In this document: positions 1 to 31,580 of the stretch, in pieces
How the letters are laid out: each line of letters begins with the position of its first letter
How positions within the stretch are numbered: the stretch's first letter is position 1
Source of the DNA: the human T2T-CHM13v2.0 reference genome, Homo sapiens
Assembly: GCF_009914755.1 (NCBI RefSeq)
Contig: NC_060932.1
Length of the DNA: 64,000 bases
Strand: one strand, 5' to 3'
The notes under the pieces: generated by a model
Databases searched by the model: none
What the model was told of the DNA's origin: nothing
What the model saw: the letters and a program-made list of their open reading frames with translations, nothing else
Position numbers and translations under genes: made by a program

Positions 1-3660
<3,660 letters not shown>

Positions 3661-3671
3661 TTCACCTCCCC

Positions 3672-4132
3672 TTCCAAGAAATATATTTCTTTTGAGGAAT
3701 GCAAGCCCCTTTAAATTATGAGACCCAGAAAGGCATTTAAAATGTAACACCAGTCATGTCCCTCTCCCCCTTGAGTGAAATAATTACCTCTAGCAGCCAC
3801 TCACTATGGGGGCTCTAGATTAACTGTCACCAAGTAGCCATAAAATGCCATACACCCTGTAGTTCAAGAATGCACAGCCAATCACCAATGTTATTCATAA
3901 AAATAACCGAGGTTATTTCTGTAAACCAATGTGAATTCCTGACAAACAACTTTTGTAATTCTCCTTCTCCTGATTTTTTATTTTTTCCTTTCAAAACTTG
4001 AGCCTCTCTTTTGTTGTCTGGAGCAGTCCCCAAGGCAACTTGGAAGTGTGTCCCGGGCTGCAGTCCTCAACTTTGTGCTGATGACCTCTCTTTGAACTAG
4101 ATTCTGACCGTTTTGATGATTGTAGGTTGACA
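3672..4132 (+). mobile_element. ERV1-class solo LTR (MER4 group; subfamily not assigned)
   Basis: LTR-like motifs (AGCCAATCAC, TTATTTCTGTAAACCAATG) and a terminal AGGTTGACA. Confidence 0.55.
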
Positions 4133-4478
4133 GACACTGGTCACAGATGGGATGCAGCCCACACTTCTCTTTCTGTCTGGTTATATTCCTGGGTGTCCCT
4201 GACCTGGTGGTTGGCTGGCCGTATTCTGGGGTGTCCCCGACCTGGCAGTTGGTTGCCTGCACAGGCAGCCTGGATAATCTGGGCGCCTCAGCAGGCGGAT
4301 AGTCATGCTACATTTTTAGGACACAAAAGGAGACAAACAGGAAAGCAATAGCTGTCCCTGGGAGTGAAAGGATCAATAACCAATGGTTACCCCAAACCAC
4401 ATTTCACCAGAGTCACTGTCCAAAAAAATTAATTCTTACAAATGATTTCTCCTGCTAATGTGAATTTGAAATAGAAGG

Positions 4479-4680
4479 TGGGAGGGGGGAGGGATAGCAT
4501 TGGGAGATATATCTAATGCTAGATGACAAGTTAGTGGGTGCAGCGCACCAGCATGGCACATGTATACGTATGTAACTAACCTGCACAATGTGCACATGTA
4601 CCCTAAAACTTAAAGTATAATAATAAAAAAAAAATAAATAAAAGATGACCACTTTATTTAAAAAAAAAAAGAAAAGAAAA
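4479..4680 (+). mobile_element. 5'-truncated young L1PA (L1PA2/3-like) 3' end with 11-bp TSD GAAATAGAAGG
   Basis: GGGATAGCATTGGGAGATAT...GCACATGTACCCTAAAACTTAAAGTATAAT followed by A tail; TSD copies at 4468-4478 and 4681-4691. Confidence 0.93.
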
Positions 4681-4766
4681 GAAATAGAAGGCACAAAAGA
4701 GAAACTTGTACCTTCCTCCCCTGACTGACATCACACAGATCCAGGAGAGCTAACTACCACATTCTT

Positions 4767-5654
<888 letters not shown>

Positions 5655-5753
5655 ACCACATTCTTACCTGTTGCCAGATTCTGTCACTTTTCCAGGGATC
5701 CCAATTGTAGAGCAGGCAGGGTGTCCCAGAGATCCCATCTGGGTCACCGAAAC

Positions 5754-7746
<1,993 letters not shown>

Positions 7747-8879
7747 GTGATCTGGCCTCCCAGATAGTCACCAGCAGACTCCTGCAGAAAGGAAAAGTTG
7801 GGACAGGCAGGTAGGAGGGCCAGGCACCACTGACAAGGGGAAGTGCAGAGAGAGGCCTGAGCCCAGGAAGGACTAGAGTCCGGCAGCTGAGCTGCAACAC
7901 AGCCCATGGGTCAAAAGTAGGAGCTCAGAACCAAGGTAAGCCGAAAAGCATACCTGTTGGTTTCTTAGACGTCTACACCGGCCCATAGCCTTTGTCTCCG
8001 CCACCATGGCCTGAGGTGGCAGCTGCCCTTTCATGACTTCTTCCTCTTTAGTTTGAATTTACTGGAATAAAAACGTGTGTGTAAAAGTAAAGGGAGCTTA
8101 AAAAGTGATTTCCTCCTCTAAGCTCTTGTTCCTCCAGAGAGGGTGACTCAGAGCCCCAAATCCTTGCCTTTGCTTGTTTCTGCCTAAGTTTGAGGCACAA
8201 CAGCCGGCTGGCCCTGCTCCTCTCAGTTTCTTGATTGGCCCAGGTCCAGTCACAGAGACAGCAGCTGGCCAATTTCCTTTCCTTCCTCTTCTGCAGCCAG
8301 CTCTGCATGGAGCCCAAAGGGTCTGCGGCAAGGTTCATTCTCACCCTCGTCTCCACCAGCCCACCCTCATCTCCCACCAAGGTCCCCAGAACAAAGGCAG
8401 ACTTCTTCACATCCTCCGACTTTCTAAACTAGTTTCTCCAACTTTTCTGGCAGAGGAGTTTTTGTCTGTTGAAGAAGCAAGTCCTGACCTGCAGAGTCCT
8501 TTCTCTGCAGGGCTGGGATAAAACAAAATCAGATGGGTCATGAAAGAGTTGCTGAAATCGCTGAACCAGAGCTGACTATGGGGGCTGGGGTGCTGGGGAA
8601 ATCCTCCCCATCCTCTGTGGTCTGCCTTACGGCCTCTTATCTTTCAAGCTGTCTTCTCCTTCTATGATTCAGCTCCAGGTTGTACAGAAAACAATTCTTT
8701 CTTTACTTGGAGGAGCTCAGTGCTGCTTTGCTTCACTGCCATCAGGTGAGAGAGCAGAATTTAATCAGTGGATGACATAAAAGACTGAGTAAGAAGACAG
8801 TTATCTTTGACTTACTCTGTGAACAAGATTTCATTTTAAATTTAACAGTGCTCAGAAACCTTATCCTTATCACTAGTAC

Positions 8880-9749
8880 TGCCAGAAGCATTTGAACCAG
8901 AGCAACTCCATCTTGAATAGGAGCTGGGTAAAATGAGGCTGAGACCTACTGGGCTGCATTCCCAGATGGTTAAGGCATTCTAAGTCACAGAACGAGACAG
9001 GAGGTCTGCACAAGATATAGGTCATAAAGACCCTGCAGATAAAACAGGTTTCGGTAAAGAAGCCGGCTCTAACCCACCAAAACCAAGATGGCCACGAGAG
9101 TGACATCTGGTCGTCCTCACTGTTATACTCCCACCAGCACCATGACAGTTTACAAATGCCATGGCAACATCAGGAAGTTACCCTATTTGGTCTAAAAAAG
9201 GGAGGCATGAATAACCCACCCCTTGTTTAGCATAAATAAATAAACATAAAAATGGGCAACCAGTAGCCCTCGGGGGCTGCTCTGTCTAAGGAGTAGCCGT
9301 TCTGTTATTCCTTTACCTTCTTTTTTTGTTTGTTTTTTTTTTGTTTTTTTTTTTTTTGAGGTGGAGTCTCGCTCTGTCGCCCAGGTTGGAGTACACTGGC
9401 GCGATCTTGGCTCACTGCAAGATCCATCCACCTCCTGGGTTCACACCATTCTCCTGCCTCAGCCTCCTGAGTAGCTGGGACTACAGGCGCCCGCCACCAT
9501 GCCTGGCTAATTTTTTGTATTTTTAGTAGAGACGGGGTTTCACCGTGTTAGCCAGGATGGTCTCCATCTCCTGACCTCGTGATCCACCTGCCTCCCAAAG
9601 TGCTGGGATTACAGGAGTGAGCCACCATGCCTGGCCCCTACTTTCTTAATAAACTTGCTTTCACTTTACTGACTCGCCCTGAATTCTTTCTTGCGCGAGA
9701 TCCAAGAACCCTCTCTTGGGGTCTGGATCGGGACCCCTTTCCTATAACG
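8880..9749 (+). mobile_element. MER41A solo LTR (ERV1) carrying an antisense Alu at about 9320-9636
   Basis: TGcCAGAaGCATTTGAACCAGAGCAACTCCATCTTGAATAGG ... GGGGTCTGGATCGGGACCCCTTTCC; 4-bp TSD GTAC (8876-8879 and 9750-9753). Confidence 0.88.
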
Positions 9750-10413
9750 GTACTGTACTGTGGTACTAATTACTGCAGAACAAATCCGTGTGTGATTTTA
9801 TATTGCCTGGCCTTTGTCTGTCCTTACTTCATGGCTCCCTGTGGGTCTTAAAAACCCAGTAAGATTCTAAGTGCCTCTGATGAGATCTCATTCCATTGCT
9901 TGGATCCCCTGGGTCAGTAATGCCCTGGGCTGAGCTAGGCACTCTGGCTGGTCAGTATTTCTTGATTTCCCTATAGCACAGCTAAAAAGCACACTCAGCC
10001 TCAAAGCAGGAAGAAAAGGGGACATTTTTCTGCTGAATCTGAAAATATCTTTTGTAAACAGTCTGCTCATATCTCCAGAGCAGGACAGAAACCAGATGCA
10101 GGCAGAGATAGCTAAACATGTCTTATCTGGATAGAAAATTGAGCTTAAGATAATAAATATCTTGGAATATGATAAAACCCAGAGGCCCCTTCCTGGTCCA
10201 TGATTAATTGAAGAAAAAAAAAGCCTAGTAATACGTGACCTTATCAGAGAGATTTATGTTCAGTTGAAAGCCAAGTTATTTTGAGCTGAGCAAAATGAGG
10301 ATTCAAATTACAGGAGCGCAGAGTAAACTTTTGGCATATTAGCGGACATCTTGGTAAGTTTCTCAGGACAGTGTTTTTCAGAGATGACAGGATTAAAGAG
10401 AAACCTTTTATGA

Positions 10414-12797
<2,384 letters not shown>

Positions 12798-13334
12798 AAT
12801 AATAATAATGATGATGATGATGCAGTATTTTCCAATTTACAGGGTTGCCCTGAGGATTGAATAAGGAAATCTAAGTACAGAGATTTAGAACAGAGCCCTG
12901 CACTGTGTAAGCACTCTATAGATGTGAGCTATTATTATCATCTTCAGGTTCCTTTGGTAGTTTTTTTCTGCTTGAATAAAATATAGCAACACACACACAC
13001 ACCTCCTTTGTCCACTAATGTAATCCCATAAAACGGAGAAACTCAGCAGTGAGGACATTCTGATTCCAAGCAGGAAGGAGATGAACGATGAACCTCAGGC
13101 TGAGCGCCTCACGGTTTCCTCATGTCACCGGGGCTGGGGGTGCAGTTTGGCTTCACACTGCTAGGTCTTTTCTTGTTTTTAAGGGGGCAGGGGCTGTCAC
13201 CTCTGAGGAGTCAGCTGTGATTGATCCTTCTCCACACCCAGCCAAGCACCCCCCAGACAGGGGAGCGCCCGCAGTAGGGCGGTAGGCAAGGGCAGTTCTA
13301 GCCAACAGTCCCTAAATCATCCCAGCGGGGGCGC

Positions 13335-13344
13335 GGGAAATTCC
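13335..13344 (+). promoter_or_regulatory. NF-kappa-B site GGGAAATTCC
   Basis: Perfect match to GGGRNWYYCC, same sequence as IFNB1 PRDII. A near-match GGGGATTTCT lies on the - strand at 13375-13384. Confidence 0.65.
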
Positions 13345-13654
13345 ACCGAGGTGAAAGCCTAGGGGGCCGGGTGAAGAAATCCCCATACCCGGGCCCAGAA
13401 ACCGCTCCAGGTGGAAGTAACTTGTCTAAAGAGAACAGGGTGTAACGGGGGTCATTTCAGGGCTGTTCTTTTAAATCGGTGAGCACGGTCTGTCTACTTT
13501 CCCTCAGTTGTCTAGAGACCACACGCCACCCCCGCCCCGGGGGAGTCGCCCGGTCGAGGGTCCCGGGACAGGCGCAGCACTCGCAGCATCCGGACCTGGT
13601 CTGCCTCGCGCCGGGAGCGGCCTCTTTAAGAGCGGCCGCGGCCAACGTGCTCCG

Positions 13655-13685
13655 TGACGTCAGAGCAGGAAGTGTTTGAGGAAGT
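13655..13685 (+). promoter_or_regulatory. Palindromic CRE (TGACGTCA 13655-13662) plus two ETS sites (CAGGAAGT 13666-13673, GAGGAAGT 13678-13685)
   Basis: Motifs read directly; CRE plus ETS clusters are typical of CpG-island start sites. Confidence 0.7.
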
Positions 13686-13722
13686 CGCGCCGCGCTGCCC
13701 GCGTTAAGATTCCCGCATTTTA

Positions 13723-13821
13723 ATGTTTTCAGGGGGGTGTCATAGCCCCGGGTTTGGCCGCCCCAGCCCCGCCTTCCCCGCCCCGGGGAGCCCGCCCCCT
13801 GCCCCGCGTCCCTGCCGACAG
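13723..13821 (+). CDS. IKBKB: Exon 1 upstream ORF / alternative N-terminus MFSGGCHSPGFGRPSPAFPAPGSPPPAPRPCRQ (33 codons)
   Basis: 99 nt from ATG to the exon 1 donor (phase 0). In frame with exon 3 if exon 2 is skipped; ends at AGT TAG if spliced to exon 2. Weak Kozak context (ttaATGt). Confidence 0.6.
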
Positions 13822-14440
13822 GTGAGTCCCCCTCGTGGGTGCGGCCCGGGTGCCACCTGCAGGCCCCGCCGCCCCGCTGCCTGCAAGGCCCGGAAGACCC
13901 CTCTGTGCCGCTGGGAAGTCGCAGCTTGCGGACTGGGGAGCGTTTCACTTGTGCGGGTTGGAGTTCGGGAAGCCGGGAGAAACAGCTCTCCCTGGGGTGG
14001 CTTCTTGGGGGTGGGTGGCTTTGAGGGGAACCTGCGATTTATGGGAACATTGTAAAGAAACACGTGACCTCGGCGATGCTCAGAAGTAGGTTCTGCCCCT
14101 GCCACCTCGGGCAGAAGGCGGGCAGGCCCGGGCGCCCCTGGTGGAGTCAGCTGGGGATCCCCTCGCTAGGGCAAGGGCGTGGGCATCGCCTCCCTCGGTG
14201 ACTTTCTTCCTTGCCTGATGCCACAGCAACCGGATGGGGGAGGGTGAGAGGGACAAAAGTTTGCCACAAAGTTTGGACCAACCAAACACATTGGTTTCTT
14301 TACAAAATAAAAAACCAGTTGTATTTTTCTTCTCTCCCATTCAAGAGCAGTGGTATCTCTTGCCTTCTCCATCCCTTTGAGCTCCATTTTTTTCTTAATC
14401 CTAACCTTTTTTCCCCATCCCAAATTGCTTATAGAGTTAG

Positions 14441-14680
<240 letters not shown>

Positions 14681-14924
14681 TAGGGGGACTGGGAAGAGGG
14701 CTTCAGGACTTCTGAGCTGACTCCAGGTTAGTGGTCTCCATGCTTTATTGACTATGTCACCTAAATAAATAGTAAAATAAAGTTAAGCTCTTAGTCTCTA
14801 TTATATATATATGGTAACAGTAGAATATCATGTACTAATATATACTGATATTATATGTTATAAAACATATAGAAATAGGAAAATTTAAAGGATGAGACTA
14901 AATAAATAATTTAAAATATTTTAA

Positions 14925-16204
<1,280 letters not shown>

Positions 16205-16206
16205 TG

Positions 16207-19842
<3,636 letters not shown>

Positions 19843-21067
19843 GTTATTTATTTTTAAAAAGCCAAAAGCCAGCTTCCTCCTCCTGCCGGCTGAACCCCAC
19901 ACAGTCTGTCTGCACCTGCCTCTCCATCATTCCTCCCCTTGGCTGCCTCTGTTTTGAGCGCTGAGCCCTCTTGCCGGACAGGCCTCCCCCTCCTCCACAT
20001 TCCTCCAGGACCAACTCTAGGCCATCTCCTCCTCATATGCGTCTGGGATGGCTTTGTTCTGTGGCAACTGGTTCTCCCGGTGAGTTCCTCTGGGCTGGTT
20101 CCTGTGCCGCCCTTCCTGTCTGCGTGTGGAGTAAGTCTTGTCAGGACCCTGCATTCCTGGTCAGCCAGGGCTGGGTCTGGCCTTTGGAGTTCCTTCAGTT
20201 CTCCTGTAGCAAGTGCCTGACGTTGTATATGTGCTAGGTGCCCCAAATCATCCACTCTGCCAGTCCACAAATATTTATCGAATGTCTATTATGTGTACAT
20301 TGGTAATTAAAGCAGACCTTTGGAGAAGGGAAGGAGCCATTAGTCAACTAATTATAAATGTAAGCTCCTAAGTATGGTAAAGTGTGAGTTGGGAGAAGGA
20401 CCCAGTGCACTGAGACCTTCCGTTGGGGTGGGATCAGTCAGTGTCAGAGGAGGTTCCCCAAGGAAGTGACACTTGAACTGAGGCCCTAGTAGAAGTCAGC
20501 TTGACAGAGAAGGTGGGAGGAGAGTTCCAGGCCAAGGGAGAGGCTCCTGAGGGGCCTCTGTGGAGGGCAGGTGTGGCAAGTGGGCAAGACTGAAGGCCAG
20601 CGTGGCCGGAAGGGAGGATGGGGCACAAGTGCCTGGGTGGCTGAGGGTGGACGGTGCAAGTCAGATCCTGTGGTGTTTTTTGGGCAGTTTCAGCCGAGGA
20701 GGTTTTGTTTTGATGGAGGAGCAGTGGAACGATGTTAGAGGGAGGCGCTGTGCCCATGGGGACAGATTGGGAGGGCCCAAGCAGTGGGCAGCGTGCTGGG
20801 AAAAAATCAGCTCTCGGAAGAAATGCCTTGATCCATAGTGTGCAGCAGTTCTCATGGAGTAGCTACTCCCACCAGGGCTGACTTCAAGCCACCAGTAGTT
20901 TAATAGCCCGCTCCGGCCTGATTCCTGAGTAGTTAACAACCAGCTCTCAGTGACTGCTACTACAGTGTCACTGGCTCCGTCCCAGTGATGCAGGCAGACC
21001 AGGTCTGAATGTTTTGGAGTCGTCTAGGTGAGAGATGGGGAGAGGTGGGCAGACTTAAGAGATATTT

Positions 21068-24862
<3,795 letters not shown>

Positions 24863-25637
24863 CAAAGCAGTTTTAAGTTTTGTCCTTCACGAGGAGTTCA
24901 TATACCAGAAGTTGGGTACTGAGATGGCGCAGGCCTAGTCTGGGTTTCCACAGAACTAAGCTAAGACTCAGTAGATTCCAGGAAAAATAAAGTAAGCCAT
25001 CCTTCTTACCTTACATGTGTTTGAGTTCCACTGCTAGTGAAGAACAAACTCCCTGGGGTTTCAGAACCGGTGATCGTAGCCTGCTTCTGTTTTAATTGAA
25101 TTTTGCTTTCTAGAGCAGGTATGTTTTTAGTAACAAAGTCATTCTGTTTGCATTTCTGTTTCAAATGAAACATTACTCATGGAAAAACTGGGAATATTTC
25201 GGAATACTTCCTAGAGGCAGATGAAGGCCACTGTGTTAGGAAAAGTTTAAGTATGTCTGTATCTACGCAGACCTTCCTAGGCCCAGGGAGTTAGGATTTC
25301 GCCTCAACTCTAGGGCGAAGCTGAGCTGTCTGTGAGTAGAAAGTTAGTTTTGGTATCTATGCCCAGTTATTTCAAGACTTGTTCAGTGTTCACATTGCTG
25401 AGTTCAGTCTTTTTAGTTTGCATTTGGATATTTAAGACCAATATCAAGTCTTCAGTATCAGAATCTCCTCCTGATTCTGGGTTGGGCCAAGTGACAGCTG
25501 TGTATCAGGTCCAGTGTTTGTGTTGGGCAAAAGACTGCAATTATCCAATTTGTAGCTAGACAGATTACCTAAAATCACTTAATAAACTAAGTCATCTAAT
25601 CTATTTTTTGGATCTGATGATCTGTCCTGTTTCATTT

Positions 25638-26136
25638 ATGATAGGTAGAATAATCCCCCCCAACCCCACCAAGAAATCTGGATCCTAATCCCTGAACCTA
25701 TGACTGGGTGGGGCAGCATGGCAAAGGGAAATTAAGGTTGCAGATGAAATTAAGTTTTCTAATCAGCTGACCTTAGAGATTGGCCTGGCTTCCCTGGGGG
25801 TCCCAGTGTAATCCCAAGGGTTCTTAAACGTGGGAGAAGGAGGCAGCAGAGCCAGGGTCAGCCGATGCATGTGAGGAAGATGGCGGGACATGGCTGACAC
25901 ACGGATGGGCTAAGGGGCTACGAGCTGAAGAAAGTGGCGCTTCTAGAAGATGCAGAAGGAAAAGTAGGGAAACAGACTCTCCCCTAGAGCCTCTGGATGG
26001 AGCATAGCCCCACCAACATCTTAGCTCAGGGAGACCCACATCAGGCTTCAGCAGATAGAACTGCAAGGAAATAAAGTGTGTTATTTTAAGCCACCAAGTT
26101 TGTGGTAATTTATTACGGCAGCAATAGAAAACAAGT
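25638..26136 (+). mobile_element. MLT1 (MaLR) solo LTR, MLT1D/E-like
   Basis: GGAAATTAAGGTTGCAGATGAAATTAAG ... AATAAAGTGTGTTATTTTAAGCCACCAAGTTTGTGGTAATTTATTACGGCAGCAATAGAAAAC. Confidence 0.85.
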
Positions 26137-26419
26137 GCCCTCTTCTGTGTATTGAAGTTACGTTGCTGCAGATTTTTCAGTATCTTGGTTTAGTCTCAGT
26201 CATTCTAAGGTAACGAACCATAAGTTACAGTCTCTTTGGCTAAACCATTGCTTGGAATAGTGTCCATGGAAATGTTGCAGGGTGGATGGAGGTGGATAGA
26301 TGCTCTTGGCAATGGCACCTCACGCTGCAGCGGGGCCATCGGTCTCTGTTTGTGGAACCCTGCGTTCCCCACGTCTGAGCTCCTCTGCAAACTCCGCCTA
26401 ACTGGAGGCAAGTGTCTGT

Positions 26420-26650
26420 AGCAGTGTCTCAGTCGGCTCAGTGCTGCTATCACAGAGTAGCTGAGAATGGGTAATTTATAATGATTTTATTTCTCATAGT
26501 CCTAGAGGCTATGAAGTCCAAGGTCAAGGCATCATCATAGGGTGAAGGCGAAAGGGCAAGAGACAAAAGGGACCAAACTTGTCCTTTTATAACCATCAGT
26601 CCCACCTGGGATGCAGAGCCATTGTGGCCGAATTGCCCCTTAATACTGAG
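26420..26650 (-). mobile_element. MaLR LTR fragment (MST/MLT1A-like)
   Basis: GCTGCTATCACAGAGTAGCTGAGAATGGGTAATTTATA...GAAGTCCAAGGTCAAGGC. Confidence 0.6.
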
Positions 26651-26657
26651 GTGATGT

Positions 26658-29040
<2,383 letters not shown>

Positions 29041-30459
29041 GTGTGTCTTTTTAAGTCCCATTCAGTACCATGTCTGTTGCTCACTTACAAGATTTATGAT
29101 TCTTTTCAGTTTGCATCTTCATAAACTGAGAAAACAGAAATTGGCCTAACAGGGCCTCTAGGACATCCTTCAAGTGAGCCACAGTAGAGTCTGGTACAAT
29201 GCTGAAATCTTCTCCTACTGCTGGGTGCCCTGTGCCACCCTGCAGGTGTGGCTCTTGCCCAGGTGTGTGTGCGGGTAGGGAGTTTCGTGCTGTAGGTACA
29301 CAGGAGGTGCAGGATGTTGGTGCAGGTCAGCTTGTTTAGCAGTGGCAGGATCGGCTCTCAGGCTGGGGCTCCGGGAGCTGCTGCCTTGGGCAGCTGCTGC
29401 CCCGCAGTTGTCTTGGAGACCCCCCCATAGCCAAAAGAGGTGACAGTGGTGCAGTGGTGACTCCCTTGTGGCAGCTGGAGTGCCCGAGGCCAGAGCCGCT
29501 TTCCCTGCTGCCCGTGCCACAGCCTCAGGGCCTGCCCGTCTCCAGTGTCCCCACTCATGCACCAGGGAGAAGAGGGGAGGCCGCCAGGAGCCAGTGGCTC
29601 AGCTCATGATTCACCAGGTGGAGGAGCCACCGCTGAGGATGCTGCTGGTTACCTCGATAGAGGTTAAAGCCCATGAAGATGGACAAGTCTATAATTTAAC
29701 AAAGAGAAGAGAAAACAGCCTGTTACTCTGCAGAAAGTAACTCTTTGGCATGTGCACTGAAGGAATTACCTGTTACAGGAGTATAGCAGAGGGTGAGACC
29801 CTCTTGAGCTCGGCAGACCGTGGTGCCCATGCACCTGTGCTGGCAAGTGTAGCAGAGCAGGGCCAAGCGCCAGGGTGGGTGGGGCCGTCTGGCTGTAGTG
29901 TCGTGGGAAGAGTGGCTGGAAATGCAGATAGGAGCCAATCTCTGTAGGATGTTAAACAGGAGTACTCGGATGACCTGGGTTCCCTGCTCTGCAGGGTTAC
30001 TAATACCTGCTAGAGGCTTGTTTTCAAGCCCTGAAAGATGGGTGTCAGTATTCCCATTTTACAGAAGAAACTGAGTCAGACCAAGTGGTTTACCCAAGGT
30101 CACACAGCTAGTAAATGGCACAGTTGGAATTTGAACCAGCCAGTGTTTCATCTGCTATATTATGCCATATTATGCTTGCGTTCTCTCTGAAAGGACAAAA
30201 CTCTCACATGAAACAATGAAGACACTCAATGTGGTGTTCACTATTAGGTTGAACCACATGCAGGTGCCATTTTTGTAGGTCAATGTGGTCAATTATCAGC
30301 AGTGTCCCATGGGTCAGCCTAATACAGCAGCAGCCGGGGTTCGGACAGGGAAACCTCTCTGCGCAGGAATGGTCAGTAGAGGTTTCATGGCGGAGCTGGG
30401 AATGGAGCAGGGCCTTGAAGGCTCTGTAGACTCTGGATGGATAGAAATGAGGTGGGAGA

Positions 30460-30757
30460 GGCTGGGTGCGGTGGCTCACGTCTGTAATCCCAGCACATTG
30501 AGAGTGCGAGGCGGGCAGATCACTTGAGGTCAGGAATTCAAGACTAGCCTCACCAACATGGTGAAACCCCGTCTCTACTAAAAATACAAAAATTTGCCAG
30601 GTGTGGTTGCGCATGCCTGTAATCCCAGCTACTCAGGAGGCTGAGGCACAAGAATCACTTGAACACGGGAGGTGGAGTTTGCAGTGAGCTGAGATTGTGC
30701 CAGTGCACTTCAGCTTGGGCGACAGAGCAAGACTCCATCTCAAACAAAAAAAAAAAA
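30460..30757 (+). mobile_element. AluS just upstream of exon 3
   Basis: Full-length Alu consensus match. Confidence 0.92.
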
Positions 30758-30987
30758 GAGAGAGAAAGAAATGAGGCTGGAGAGGTTGGGTGAGAGGTGG
30801 AGTGGTAAGGAGACAGCCCAAAGGGCAGGTGCTACGTGGCTGTCGATCAGGGTGTACATGTGACCTTGGAGCACCAGGAGGTGATTGCAGGTAACGCTTG
30901 GGGCCTGGAGACCCCTCCCATGCAGCAGACAGGGTGGGATTTGGCCTGCAGCTCGCTCTGCTGGTCCCCACTGTGCTGTTTCTGTAG

Positions 30988-31083
<96 letters not shown>

Positions 31084-31157
31084 TGAGGGCCTCGCGCATA
31101 GGGACCCAAGGGAAAGCTGGAGCAGCAGCCCCCGGTGTGTCTAGAAAGGAGAGTCTT

Positions 31158-31580
31158 GCTGGGTGCGTGGCTCACGCCTGTAATCCTAGCACTTTGGAAG
31201 GCCAAGGCGGGCAGATCACGAGGTCAGGAGACTGAGACCATCCTGGCTAACATGGTGAAACCCCGTCTCTACTAAAAATACAAAAAATTAGCCGGGCATG
31301 GGTGGGCGCCTGTAGTCCCAGCTACAGAGAACACCAGGGAAGGGGGAAGGGCATGCTGCACACTCTGCTGGGATTACTCCAATGACAAGGAAACCCCGTC
31401 TCTACTAAAAATACAAAAAATTAGCCGGGCATGGTGGCGGGCGCTGTAGTCTCAGCCGCTCGGGTGGCTGAGGCAGGAGAATGGCGTGAACCCAGGAGGC
31501 GGAGCTTGCAGTGAGCCGAGATCAAGCCACTGCACTCCAGCCTGGGCAACAGAGCGAGACTCCGTCTAAAAAAAAGAGAA
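31158..31580 (+). mobile_element. AluY-like element with an internal 67-bp foreign insert and an internal duplication of about 70 bp; TSD GAGAGTCTT
   Basis: AluY diagnostics (ACCATCCTGGCTAAC, GAATGGCGTGAACCC, GGAGCTTGCAGTGAGCCGAGAT); TSD at 31149-31157 and 31581-31589. Confidence 0.9.

Larger units (their letters stand above)
13654..13821 (+). other. IKBKB: IKBKB exon 1 (5'UTR in the canonical mRNA; contains an upstream ATG at 13723); start approximate
   Basis: Strong donor CAG|GTGAGT at 13821/13822 inside the CpG island. Confidence 0.85.
13260..14200. promoter_or_regulatory. IKBKB: CpG-island, TATA-less, probably bidirectional promoter of IKBKB
   Basis: Very high GC and CpG density against CpG-poor flanks; several GC boxes (CCCCGCCCC); overlaps exon 1. 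Confidence 0.92.

Noticed and set aside
25332-25559. 75-aa ORF with a hydrophobic stretch resembling a micropeptide
   Set aside because: GTG start, T-rich intronic sequence, and no visible exon or promoter support.
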